The notes beneath the pieces were generated by a model, which made no database searches, was not told the origin of the DNA, and worked only from the letters and a program-made list of their open reading frames with translations. From NCBI GenBank assembly GCA_013265495.1, contig MU058337.1, positions 622,001-686,000 on the forward strand: a DNA stretch of 64,000 bases, given 5' to 3'. This document shows, piece by piece, positions 12,642-25,280 of the stretch; within the stretch, counting starts at the first letter, position 1; every line of letters begins with the position of its first letter. Made by a program: the position numbers and the translations under genes. Origin of the DNA: Vicugna vicugna (Eukaryota).

Positions 12642-13843
12642 TGGAAACTGTTGAAACCTTGCATGTGACTCAAATTCAGTCACTGCCTTTAGAAATTCAG
12701 TAAGATGACAAAATAACTGAGATTTAAACCATTCTGAAAAAAAAGAAGCCTTCAAAGTTGGAAGAGTGTGAATTTCTCTCTTGCATCTGCAGCAAGATGC
12801 AGGCGTGCTCCAGGAGGCAGGTGATGGGAGAGCGGACTTAGACATGCCGCTGTAATTTCTGCAACACACCCTGGGTCACTTAGGCTGAGGGACTAGACGT
12901 GGGTCTAATTTAAGAAATTGGCATAATGACTAATGAATTAAAGTTCCAGGAATTTATCCTAATAGAAAAACTTGTGAACCCAAAGGAATGATCAATATTT
13001 CTAGGGGATTTGAGTGAAGGTGCTTCTGACCTAGGAGTCCCTTCTCTTCTCCAGGGCTGTCTTACTTTATGAATTTCCATCATAACCCATTGCATTAGCA
13101 CAGTGTTTCTGTTTTTTTAAGCAATATTGCCATCGCTCTCCATCCCTTACCTTTCTCTGAATTCTAGGAAACTTGGGGAAAACCAGGTTTCTATGAAACG
13201 GGTGTGCTGTAGACCAATTTGCACACACTGACTTCATGGCGGAAGGAGGAGTGGTGAAGCAGAGATGCAGTGGCTGGGGCCTGCTGTGCATGCTGTTCCA
13301 GGTGTTTACATGTTCTCTGTAATGGATTCCTATTCCTTTGCACACTTGTTTATCACGATAGTGAAAGTAGGTGAACAATGAGGGGAGGCCTCACATCTCA
13401 CTATTGAGAAAAGCAGGTTCAAATAAACAAATACCAGGAGGCATCAACTGTGCGTCTCATCTCTTTCGCAGTCCCACATAAGACTTAAGAGAAGCTGTCT
13501 GCCCTTCATGAAGGATGTGTCCTAGACACGTGGGTGAAGAATCACGTGGCTGTCTCCTGAGGAAATGAGGAGAGGGTAAACCTATTCAGCGGCAATCGGA
13601 GCACCGCCCTCCCTCTGGGAGAGAACAGAGGGAGACAGGCATGCCGTCTCAAAATCCGGGCAGCCTGACTTCCTGTGGGGCTGCCCCGGCTGCTGGATGG
13701 CTGGGCTTTTAGGAGCTAATACATCTTTTCAAGTGTCCACAGTGCTCAAAGCACTGCCAGCAGATGAAAAACTCACTGTGTATACTTGTACTTCATGCAG
13801 ACATAAAATCCAATGGAACTGACATCAGTGCAAACCGTCTGTA

Positions 13844-13864
13844 TGTGTGTGTGTGTGTGTGTGT
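13844..13864. repeat. (TG)10 microsatellite
   Basis: Direct reading. Confidence 0.9.
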
Positions 13865-16800
13865 ATGCATATGATGGATGAATAATACACATGTGTCTCA
13901 TTGCATACTGGTCTATATATATCCATGTTTATAGTGCACAAATTATAGGATGTATAGTACGGTGTTCAAAATGAACTGAAAAGAATCCAGAAAAGGTTTG
14001 CGAAGAAGGATGAGTGAATCTGCTCCCAGGAGGCTAAGAGTCAAGCATTGCTAGCAATGTGGGGATAACCTGGAGGAATCAACGTCAGAGCAATGGGTCA
14101 GTTCTCAGCAGCAGTAAATTCCCAATTCCAGTTTTCTTTTGTTTGTTTTTCCTTATCGTACAGCTTCCTACAGTTCCAAATCTAGACAGCCCTCTGAAGA
14201 ATTCTGTGGTGCAAAGGAAGCAGGAGAGAAGGGTTTTTAGGCATTTTAAAATTTACTATAGCGTGAAGTAGTACGTGGACCCTTAAGTATATTTTTCTTA
14301 ACAATTACCCCCACGATGGAACACTTATTGAGAATTCACTTATAATATAAAGGCTCCTGTTGAGAGAGACATTATTGTTGTATACATTTAGGGTTAGAAT
14401 TTCCTTGCAGTACACAGGGAAATAATTTAAGTCATCTCCTTGCAAAGATGCAGGTCGCCTTCTATCCTTCTGTGCAAAGATTCCTTTCGCAGTTTGTTTT
14501 CCGGAAAGCTAGTCAGCATGCTAACTTCCTAAGAAAGACCACGGCAAAAACAGTATCACACACTTCTGTGATGACACCCATCCCAGCACTTTACACTGTA
14601 AGGATAGCTCTCATGCTCTCCCACTGTTTTGGGCCTGCATATCCCTCTCTAAGATCCTCACTCCATTAGCATACAGGTGGTGTGTGATGCTAAGCACTTC
14701 ATCACTGGTCTGAGGCTGAAAACCCAGAGGTAATTTACAGTGTGTATGTGCTCTGGGTTCCCTAATTGTGCACAGCCTCTGAAACCAGGCATCTCAGTGC
14801 ATGGCAGCCTACAGAGGGGAGTGCTGCTTGGCTCCTGCAGTATCACCAGCACCTGTTTGACCCTGTATTACTCATCTGCTGACTTAAAATAAAAGGTGAA
14901 CGGTGGCAAGTCATTCTGTGATGGTTACCTGATCTTATGCAATAATATCAGGAACCCCAACACATTAAAGAAATAAGACATTTTTATTAAAAATACATTG
15001 AAAATGACTTCTTTAAGACATTTTCAGAATTGTTTTTGAGATATCATACATTAATACGAGATAATACTCAAAGTCTTTTAAGGAAAATTTAAGTATTAGA
15101 TTAGAACAGTAGGAATTGTTAGAGACTTATTTTCAACTCCAACCAATGAATTAAATCAGTGAACACAGAAATACTGGGAAAACACGAAATCAAACCAAAG
15201 CCCCAAGTTGAATTTGTGTCATGGCAAAAGGCAAAAAACAAAACAAAACAAAAATTAAAAAGCTCAGCAGCTCATGTCGGTCACAACAAAAATGAAAACA
15301 AACTCAGGACCCAGAGTCCTGTTTAATTTTCATATTATGGTGAACCTGGCCCAGTCATTATACTGGAGAGCGTTGACTGACCCTGGATCTCACTGTGATA
15401 CGCTAAACGTATGAAAAGCATTTGTGTGTCAACAGTATTTTCAGTAACTCATTTGTTCTGACGACTGTGGAAACAAACCACTTAAAGCAAAATAGAAATG
15501 AGAAAGATGCAAGCTGTGCTGTCGTATGTCTGTATGTAGACGCCTGCTTTGGGGATGTGCTGTCTCATTTCTCCTGAACAGACAGCTGTTTGATCTTCCT
15601 CAGTAGCAGACTTAGAAAATAGATGCTGTAGAGAGTCTGTCATTGACAATTAACAGGAATGGCTTTTATTATATTGACCAAGAGTTGTATAGATCAAGGA
15701 AATTTACTGTATTTTGACTAGATTGCATAGAGAAGACAGTTCCCAAGTTCTGAAAACCCTCCGCCTGTGGGGCTCTCATGAAAAGTGCTGCAGGACCCAG
15801 AGTGTTCTTCATGAAGAGTTTTTGGAACAACTCGTTAAAAAATCAAACAGAGACAGCGAAATAATGCATCTACCCATTTTAATCTTTTCAGATGAAATTT
15901 TTTACAAGATTTGCTTCTTCATTCATCACTTTTTTTTTTTTTTTTTTTGGCATGGCAAGCTGTATCTCTCTGTCTTTCCTTTTAGCAAAAGACACACCGG
16001 TCTCATGTCTGTACCTCGAAACAGGCCATTTTTCCTTTGTTATCATGGGCAGTCTCTTGTGTCATTTCAATATCTTTTTTTTTTTTTGGTCAATTTTCTG
16101 CTCTGCTTTCCTGAAATTTTCGTTGTGTATAGTTTATGCCATTAAGCAGATGTGAATTCCAAACTTGAGAAAATAAAAACGAAGAATTGCCAAAATCATT
16201 AAATGCTAGACCTTGGTTATAACAGCTCTTAGAAAAGAGATTCAACTGAGGCAGAACTCTCTGGAAATTGGGAGTACAAGGCAGCCTTGAGGGTCTCCTT
16301 TAAAAAAAAGTGCATGAAAAAAATCTCACATTTTCATCTTTGATTTTCTGTGAGTGTTTTCTTTCTTTGCAAGCAATAGTATGTCTTTACAAATTAGTTT
16401 GCGACCATCTGTTCTATGAAAAAGAATCCCTTATTTTTCAAATTAAACTCTTAAGCTTAAAATTTAACGTCAAATCTGTCTTTATCAATATAAAATTCAA
16501 ATGAACAGGTAAGGAATATTGATAAACACAACAATATATAAGGGCATTTTGACTCTTTATACAGTGAAGAAAAAAGGACACATAAATTTCTGATCCAGAT
16601 AACAAATATCTGTGCCTCTCTGAAGCCCAGTAAAATGGAACTGTGCTCAGTGAAGCGAAAGGAAAATCACAACCTAGATGTGGGTCCACTTTAATTTAAA
16701 GAATTTTCTGGGAACCACAGTTTCTACATTTGGAATTGTTTTATGGGTAATCTAATAAGTCAAGCCATTGAATTAATTCTACTTTAATGCTTAGTGGAAT

Positions 16801-17089
16801 TTTCATCTTGAAATTACAAGATTGACATTCTTTTCAGTTTTATTCTGCTTGTTTAACCTACCTTCTTATACTTATTGGACCCATTTTTTTCCTTCCTTCT
16901 CCACAAGTCTCTTTTGCTTGCGTGTGAGCTACAAGGGGCCATTTAAAATTTTTTATTAGGTCCTATTGATTTTGAAGTTTAAATATTTTTACCCCTGCCT
17001 TGCATTTATAGGTAATATATAATTAAAACATGCATTTCTGATAGTGAAAAGCCTCCACTTTTTGAAAACCCATAGGAAATTACCAAGAA

Positions 17090-17480
17090 ACATTATTATA
17101 TGTATTTTATATGTTAATATTAATACAATATATTAATCTATTATATCATATAGTATGTATTTATATGGTATTATATGTATATATCATATATAGTATGTGT
17201 ATGTATAATATACTATATGATTTGATATACAAACTAAAGCCATATATAGTATATATGGTATATATTATATGCCATGTAGTATACATTATTTTATGCACAC
17301 ATACTATATGTAATATACATTTAACTACAGTATATATCATATATTTCACATATATAGTAATATATCATATTTTATATGTCATTTATATGCATACTATATG
17401 TAATGCATATTTAACTATAGTAATTTAAATTAGTTAATAGCTTATTAAGTACTAATTATTTAAATTAAATTTTAAAAATG
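17090..17480. repeat. AT-rich degenerate (TA)n low-complexity tract
   Basis: Nearly all A/T with recurring tatata/atacta units; internal duplicate atactatatgtaatatacatttaactacagta and atactatatgtaatgcatatttaactatagta. Confidence 0.85.
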
Positions 17481-18293
17481 ACACACTCAACTCCAGTGGC
17501 CCAGCGTGCCTCTGCAGGCTTTACAGCTGGTATGTGCAATACTCAATCTGCAAAGCTTCCCTAGGCTTGCCAAAGAAAATCCTATAAAGTAGACATTGTA
17601 TATCTTTGGGGCCATTCAGTTCTTGCTTGCCCACTTTCTGTTTTGAACATCAGCTAGGTGTTGTTTTCCAAGAGCTCATTGGAAAGGTTGAACACTGGAG
17701 TACTTCTGTTCCAGGGAGAGCTCCCAGCAGCCACACAAGGTCAGCAGCTGGCAGTGAGACTGTGGCAGTTCTGGGCAGATGGACCTGCCTGCTTGTGCGC
17801 TGATGGATGTGGCTGTTGACTCCAGCTCACTGCCATGTCCACGCAGTCAGAGATAGGGGACCAAGGTGATGCATTTCAGTCTTATCTGTAGGAAAAGACT
17901 TGACTTATAACTTCACATTTTCCAAACAACAAAGAAGAATTTTAACACAAGTTAATTTTGTGGAGGGAAATCTAATTTGATATAAATGCAAATTAGATAC
18001 CATTTTTGGCCATTTTTTTGAATATATAAAATCGTATATGTGCCGTTCTGTTTTCTATAATTTAACCACACCGAACCAGGGCTTGTTTAACAGAAGTAAA
18101 ATAATACCAAGCCATCCCCATGCCTGCCCCACCAGATTCACACAGGATGCCCTTGTCGTATGATTATGGGAATTGAGCCAACATATTAAATGTAAGTTAA
18201 CTGCACTTGATTATGTACATAATGGTCTAGCTGGCATTATAAGAGCTTTTGCTCTGCTTTGAGTGCTTAATATCAAATTTTAATATATGTATG

Positions 18294-18429
18294 CAGTTGT
18301 TCCTCAGTATCTTTGGGGAATTGGTCCGGGGACCCTCCAGGGATGCCAGAATCCGCAGATGCTCAGGTCCCTTGCAGTGGGCTCTCTGAATCTGTGGGTT
18401 GTGCATCCTCCGATAAGGAGGGCTGACTG
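18294..18429 (+). mobile_element. TcMar-Tigger MITE (Tigger2/MER2/MER8-related)
   Basis: TIR-like ends cagttgttcctcagtatc...gataaggagggctgactg; internal ggggaattggtccggggaccc...aatccgcagatgctcaggtccc as in MER2; flanked by TG (decayed TA) and TA. Confidence 0.8.
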
Positions 18430-19906
18430 TATGTTAAAAATCCTTAATTAATTGCTCCTTTCCTAGTGACCCAGAGAAACATTATGTCTGAAGTTATTGA
18501 CATTACACAATTTGAAATGAATTTGGGGGATGTCAGGGTAAGTATGGTGGAAAGAGAGACAGTGTAGCTTTAGCATCATTGCCTATATCGTCTATATTTA
18601 ATGGACATTATCATTCAACTTGAACACTGAGTAATTGAGATTTTTAAGAATTTTGTATTTAATGAGTCAGTGGCCTGAAGCTAAGAATAAGTTCTCATTT
18701 CAGAGCCCTAAAATAGATACCAGCAGAATAATGCAGGCCAGCTCTTCTGTTGCTTTAGGTGATTTGTATCACTAGAAATTTCGCTTTCTGTTTGAAGTCA
18801 TATTTTATAAATCTATGGCTTCTGTGCCTGACTAACCCTAGCTCCACGCTACAGATAGGAAGTAATTCTGTAATTCTCCAGTGTTTAGGGTAGCGGGCGG
18901 TTACCCAGTTCTCGACAAATTAGAAATAGCCACTACAAGAATGTGGGGAAAGAGCACTTTGTTAAGGACAGGTGGGATGAGAAATACTGTCCTAAATGGC
19001 CAAATTTCATTCCAAAACAGATTACACTTACTTCTTTTAATTAATTATGCAATTAATTAGCCATTTCTGGTATGTGCATGAACTGTGGGGAAGAGACACT
19101 TGGGGAGGTATTTCATGACAGGAACCAAGAAAATGATTGCAGATGATACTTGAATTTAAAAATGCACTTCACAGGTGAGACCTCAGGCTCGATTCCTGAA
19201 AGTCTCTTTTTTTTTTCAGTAAGAGTGTTGAACTGTTTTGTAGGGTTCAAGATGAGAGCAGGCACTACACTGAGGGAACAGCGGTTGAAGTTTTAGCTTC
19301 CAGACACGATTTCCTTCTGTGCTTTCATTAGGGGTTTTCACTTGCAACTCGTCATCCAATCTGCAGTTCTGACTGTCGTGTATAACCCCTTGAGAATATC
19401 CTGGCGTTTTCCAATTGGAAACCATCAAAAATGTACTTTTTGCTTTGATTATTCATTCAGGAACTCAAGGAAATGGATTTCCTACCTCATATATTTTGAT
19501 GTCTGACCTGTCTTTTACTTGCAAGTAAGACCTGGCAAGCTCAAGGTTGACCAACCTAGACTAAGGTTCTTAAAATTTTCTTGTGTAACATTTTATTCTT
19601 ATCACAGAATTTGTGTGTGTGTTGATGTGTGTGTACGCCGTTCAGTAATGACCAAGACTGTGTCTCTTCTACCTGTTACCTGTTAGGCAGCTAATAACTA
19701 CTTGCTGAATGAATGAAAGCACAACATATTTAAAAAGTGTTTCAAATCAAGCACAAGAGATTGCCATACTAAACTTGGGGGCATAAAAGGAAGAGAAAGA
19801 GAGTGAGACAGAGGTGGCTTATAATGATGAACAAGAAGTAGTGGAGTATGGCTCAGGGCAATAAAGGATGTGATACTGTAGTTGGTGGGAGCGCTATCTG
19901 TTTGTT

Positions 19907-20375
19907 TATTTTTTTAATTGAAGTATAATTGACTTACAATATTGCATTATCTTCAGGTGTAAAACATAGCGGTTTGATATTTTTATACATTATGAAATGT
20001 TCACCACGTAATAAGTATAATTACCATCTGTCACCATACAAACGTTATTACAGTATTATCGACTCCATTCACTTTGCTGTACATCAAATCCCCAGAACTT
20101 ATTTATTTTCTAACAGGAAGTGTGTACCTCTTAATTCCCTTCACCTATTTCACACACCCCTACTCCCTCCCGTCTGGCAAGCTCCAGTTTGTTCTCTGTG
20201 TTTATGAGACCATTTCTGTTTTGTGTTTGCTCATTTGTTTTGTTTTTTGGATTCCACATATAAGTGTAATCATATGGTATTTGACTGATGTCACATATCA
20301 TAACACCCTTTAGGTCCATCCATGGTGTTACAAAAGGCAAGATTTTATTTTTCTAATGGCTGAGTAGTTTGCTGT

Positions 20376-20415
<40 letters not shown>

Positions 20416-20548
20416 CACATTTTCATCCATCCATCCATCCGTGGACACTGGGTTGCTTCCACGTCTGGCTGTCGTCAGTGATGCTGCAGTGAACACTAGG
20501 TAGAGGCGCATGTATCTTTTCGAGTTAGTACTTTCTTTTTCTTTGGGA
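19907..20548 (-). mobile_element. L1 3' end (L1MA9-like age) containing a (CA)17 expansion
   Basis: ttttttaattgaagtataattgacttacaat...ggattccacatataagtgtaatcatatggtatttg...ggacactgggttgcttccacgtctggct; ORF 20131-20340 begins MPFVTPWMDLKGVM (degenerate ORF2p end). Confidence 0.9.
20377..20410. repeat. (CA)17 microsatellite inside L1
   Basis: Direct reading. Confidence 0.95.
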
Positions 20549-21529
20549 AAGCTAAGCTTTATTTTTAGAGAGATCATATGAGGCCCTTTTAAAGTGTTTA
20601 AGTGTGTCGTTGTCATGAAGCTGCTGTGCTATATAAACCACCAAGAAGAAACAGTATTCCCTTCATAGTTCAAAATCTTGTTTACTGTAACTTTTATTCT
20701 GCTGCCAAGGTATTATTTGTTTGGTTTACCCACGATCCACATTCAGAAAGTTCTCACAGCAGGTCACTGGACGTAAGTTTCCCAGAGCAGGGAGGACGTT
20801 CTTGTTGTCCGTGCTCCCCGCCAGTTGCCAACAAAACACCTTTGCACATAGCAGACATACAGCATTTCTTCAGTTTTCTGTTTCCATCTTTCAGCATTTC
20901 TCAGCCACATTCTGTCCAGCTCTGAGGTCATGTCTAGAGTGTTTAGTGTATTTGAGAGACTTACAAGGAGTGGACTTTCTGAGCTAGTACGCTAGACTGT
21001 GAGTTTTCAGGGTCTGGGGGATATCCGCCCAGCTTGCAGTGGGAATTGCAGGACAACAGACACGCTGGATAGTCAGGGCCCACAGAAGCAGCCAGGCGAT
21101 CTGGTCCTGGGGCTTGTATAAGCCAGTGACCCAGGAATCACATGCCTCATTTCACTGCCATCTTCTTGGGTACCCAGCAAATTGGCTCGATATGATGAAT
21201 GAATGCAACAATTAATCAGGGTTATTGCACAAGGAATTCCAGCTTTGAGTATGAATTCTAACTAGAAGGCTTGTAAGATTTTTTTTTTAATATTGAAAAT
21301 CTATGATGGATACATGCATAGAAAGTCCTACAATGCATGATCATTTTAATAGCCACCCTTTCTGGGTTAAGCGTGTGCTCAGAGCGACCATGTATGGTAC
21401 CTTTTCCAAGAGGGAAATACAGGCTGGAATCCATCCCAGGTTGTGACGATCTGACCTGACCAGGCTGAAGGCTTTAAATGCAGTATTTGAGATTGTTATA
21501 GCAACCCTGGAATGGCATTTTATTACTTC

Positions 21530-21640
21530 TGTTTTATAGATGAAAATAAGGGTTAGGGAGGTTTTGTGACCTGCTCACGTGGATGTGGCTCCATATCCCC
21601 AAGTTAGATCTCAGATCTGCCTGGACGCCAGGCCTTTCTC
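21530..21640 (-). mobile_element. MIR fragment
   Basis: gttttatagatgaaaataagggttagggaggttttgtgacctgctca...ctcagatctgcctggacgccaggcc. Confidence 0.6.
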
Positions 21641-23664
21641 CTACCCTCTGCTTTCGGGCCATCGGCAGACACCTGAGGAAGGGAGATACTGGCGTTGTGA
21701 GGGCCCTGTGGGGGGCTGCCCAGGAAAGGCTGTGTGGAGGAGCAGTCTCACCGCCGCACTCCTGGGACGGAGGCACTACGGCTGCCCCTTGGGTCCTGGA
21801 ACGCTGAAGTCAGGCAGCCAGGGCAGGCCAGGGTGTGCTGGGCTTCCTCCTAAATTCCTACTACCTGAGCCCTCAAAGCATCCAGTTTCAGAGACACTTT
21901 CTCCTGGTTTCTTTAGTCTGGGCTCTGAATACAGAAGGAGTATGGGTGCCGCGTTTCACTGGGTGGTAAAACCATGTCATGCGGTCTTCAGTGTTTTCTC
22001 ACTCTCCCTCCCTGACTCCCTCCCTCCCTCCTTTCCCCTTTTTCTCTGCTGCTCTCTGTCTCTGACTCTCACTCTGTTGCATTGTTACAATGTACCTATA
22101 CTTCCACCAGAATGTCTTTATTTCTTAACCTGCTGAATGCTTCAGTTTGACTCTATACCGGTCTTAAATCTCAAAGGTTGGAAAAAAGTGCATAGTGATG
22201 TCTTTAACTTACCATTAGCCAGGGCGTGTGGGTAAACAGAGCATGCACAAACCTTGTGAATGCATGTGGAGTTTGGGAAAGTTTGACAAGAAACAATGAT
22301 AGAATGAATGCATCTGGCAGATCTGCAGGCAGTGGAGCGTCCCCGCGCGGCTCCCCTCTCTCACAGGAGAAGACAGGGAGGGCTTATACAATCTGCTGGC
22401 AACCACTAGGCAGTATGGTTAGGATAATGAGAAGGGAAAATGCAGCCTGAGGCTATCCCCGACGCCCAGCACTCCCTGGGAGTTAGGTGTTTGGATTCTG
22501 CCAGAGAAGCAGGCGTCGGAGGTTGTGGGCAGAGCCCAGGCGTGGGAAATCCCTGCAGGGGGATGGATCAGCCCGCCTGCAAATTCCCGCAGCGGGGGGC
22601 CGCGCGGGGACCTAGCTGGCGCTTCTCCTGTACTAAGGAGAAAGTCAAGTTTATACCACACTGCAAACAGCTGAATGCTGCCTATTTTTTCAGGAACACA
22701 TACAACTTGAAATATTAAACCTGCTTCATCTGAACTGCAGTCTAGCATTGGAAATTAGGAAGTCTGTGGTGTGGACTCAGCTTGCCTGCACCGTTCACAT
22801 CTCTAAACGTGCAACAGTTTGTGTTCCCACTATGTGCTCGAAGTCCTGGCAGGGCCCCTGGGCTGGACGGAGAAGATCTGTAGTATGCTCCTTGAGTCCT
22901 GGGAGCTGGTGGAAATGCTGTGGACCAGCTCACTTGTGGAGATGGTGGGCAGAAGGCTGGCAGAGGCAGAGGTGTCAGGTGTCAGCAAAGCCACTTTCCT
23001 TGTGCATAGTATGCCCCCAGGAAGCTGCATGGTCTTCACATGTCCACTGTATCTCGTACAGTTTAGTACTTGATGTCCAGAGCGTTCACAGTCCTCTCCT
23101 TGAGGTCTAGCCCAGAAATAAGAGTTACGATTATTTTATTATAAATTCTTTCATGCATATTGAGATCCAATGGCACACCAGTTTTAAATTAACACTGCTT
23201 CAGAGTAAATAATGCCATTTTCAGATTCCAAGGTAACATTCGCCTTATGCACATGGTGAGATGCCCACAAAGATACAAATTCATATGGATACAAATGGAT
23301 TTAGAAAGTAATGCCTCCTGTTACCTCTGCGTTCAGTTCCAATTTGACTGCGCGCAAACAGAATTGTGCTGGATTGTTCTCCCAGAATGGGGGAGAAAAC
23401 GCAAATATGCAACCTTTGGTGTAAACAGATGTGTTTCAACCTGTGTTTACTCAGAAGGTGGGAGGAATCAGTACCCTCAGCACAGCGTGATTTTGCTCCA
23501 AAGTGATCAGTCATAAAGGACGTGGATCAGCGCTGCAGTGCAGGCAGATGGGTAATGCTTGGGAGAACAACAGACTCTCTTGCTTCCCCAGCCGAGTTCC
23601 TTCCACCGTTTGATTTGGCTAATTTGCTGCTGCAGTGTGTAAGGTGGTCAGATGCAGAGCTTAA

Positions 23665-24280
23665 AAACCCATTTCAACAAACATCGCTGGACTCTTAACA
23701 CTCATAGGTATGATGCTTGAAGCTGTGGCTGTTATGAAATCAAACAGAGTCTTCAAGGAGACTTAATAAGGCAGATCAGTCATGTACCGGCCTAAGGAAC
23801 GGCAAGTTTGTAGGATGGAGACCACCAGAGTGCTGTGGGATCGAGATTATGTGTAGTCAGCGGTGAATAAGAGACACCCCATGGAAGTGGTGGCAAAGGA
23901 GAGAAGATACAAAGGTGGAGGGAACTGGGGACATGGTGGGCGGGGATGGGGAGGGCATTTCAAACAGAGACTTGAGCAAAAGTAGGGGGACACAGTGATC
24001 AGGTGGGAGCAGGGGAGCAACATGGCGCCACTGTGCTCAGGAAAACCTGCCACGCAGCCGGGCTTACCATGAGTTTGCGGGAGGGCGGTTGGGTTCGAGC
24101 ACCTTCCGCGGGTCCGGGTTGGAGCGGGGCAGATGTTGGGAAAAGAGGAAACAAAGCAAAAAACAGCTATGGTCTTCCAGTCCTGGGTCCCCAGAACACA
24201 TTCTACTGCCAGCAAGGGAGGGCGCGGGGAGAGGCGGATTTAGTCAGAGGACAGAGGGGAGTATGAGGAGCTGGGTCTGA
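23665..24280 (-). mobile_element. L2 relic (3' end and body)
   Basis: catttcaacaaacatcgctgg (reverse L2 tail)...aaacagagtc...gagggcatttcaaacagagacttgagcaaaag. Confidence 0.55.
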
Positions 24281-25184
24281 AGCAGCCGGCGTTTGCTTTG
24301 CGGGATCACCTGGCGCTAGTGTCTGGTAAGCAGAGTGCCAGGTGGGTCCGGAAAAGACCAGGATAGGGCGCACAGAAACTCAGGATTTCTTTAAAAATCT
24401 ATGGTCGAAGCGGTAAGCACGATCACACCACCAGAAAAGAAAGGTAATTGAGGCAGAATGGGGAGTGTTCCCATTCACGGGAAATGAAAGAAAAAGAGAC
24501 CACAAGACATGTTGTCCAGGGGCAGGTATGGGACCAGTGGGCAAACAGAACGAGCGTGCTGAAACAGCTAACAGAATATCCACAGGCCAAAGTGCTCAGG
24601 GGTTAACTGTTAGAAAGTTGAGGGTGCCCGCTAATCGGAAAACTAGGAGGTTGTTGGTAATGTCGTGGATAATCACCAGATGTCAGGTAGTTTACAGAGA
24701 GTGGGTATGAGGAAACAGAGACAGGTAGCTCTTTCCGAATATTTTTGATGGGAAAAAAGATGAAGAAAATTGGCAGCTGAAAAAGCGATTGTGATAATCA
24801 CATTTACCGAGTACCTATGAGGGGCCGGGCACCGTGTGTCATTTATCTCATTTAATCTGGACACAAACAGACCTGGTTGGAGATTTGGGACAGAGAAGAA
24901 GGAATGAGGGTATGGGGCCGTCTCTTCACTCCTCCTACACCCTCCATTCAGCGACCTGAAAGATGATAAAGGCAGAAGATTCCTGTTTTCCTTTTTGAGA
25001 CTCAGTCCTTTTCTATCTGGATTAACCCCCCAACCCCCTCCTTGCCACTTCCTGGTATAACTGCAGTGCCCTGGGCACCGGACATAGCTTCTTACTCAAT
25101 GTCCCCAGCTCCCTTAAAGCAACACATTCTAGTTTCCTGTCTTCCCTGTCCTTCCTTTTGAGGAGTTTCTAGCTCACTGCTCAG

Positions 25185-25280
25185 GCCCTACTGTGCTTCA
25201 GAGTCACCTGGAGAATTTGTGAGACCCGTGCAGGCTGGACTCCAGTTCCAGCATTTCTGACTTTTGTGGGTATTCGGCCC
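25185..25280. mobile_element. MER5A-like hAT-Charlie fragment
   Basis: tcagagtcacctggagaatttgtgaga...gcaggctgg...tttctgacttttgtgggt. Confidence 0.5.

Noticed and set aside
12653..12869. N-terminal half of the 151-aa minus-strand ORF
   Set aside because: Host flank fortuitously in frame with the L1 ORF2 tail; the L1 ends at the TSD, so this is not a chimeric gene without transcript evidence.
17111..17428. Tyr/Ile-rich 105-aa ORF
   Set aside because: Translation of a (TA)n low-complexity tract.
21579..22136. 185-aa + strand ORF
   Set aside because: Starts in a MIR, runs through CT-rich low complexity, no protein resemblance.
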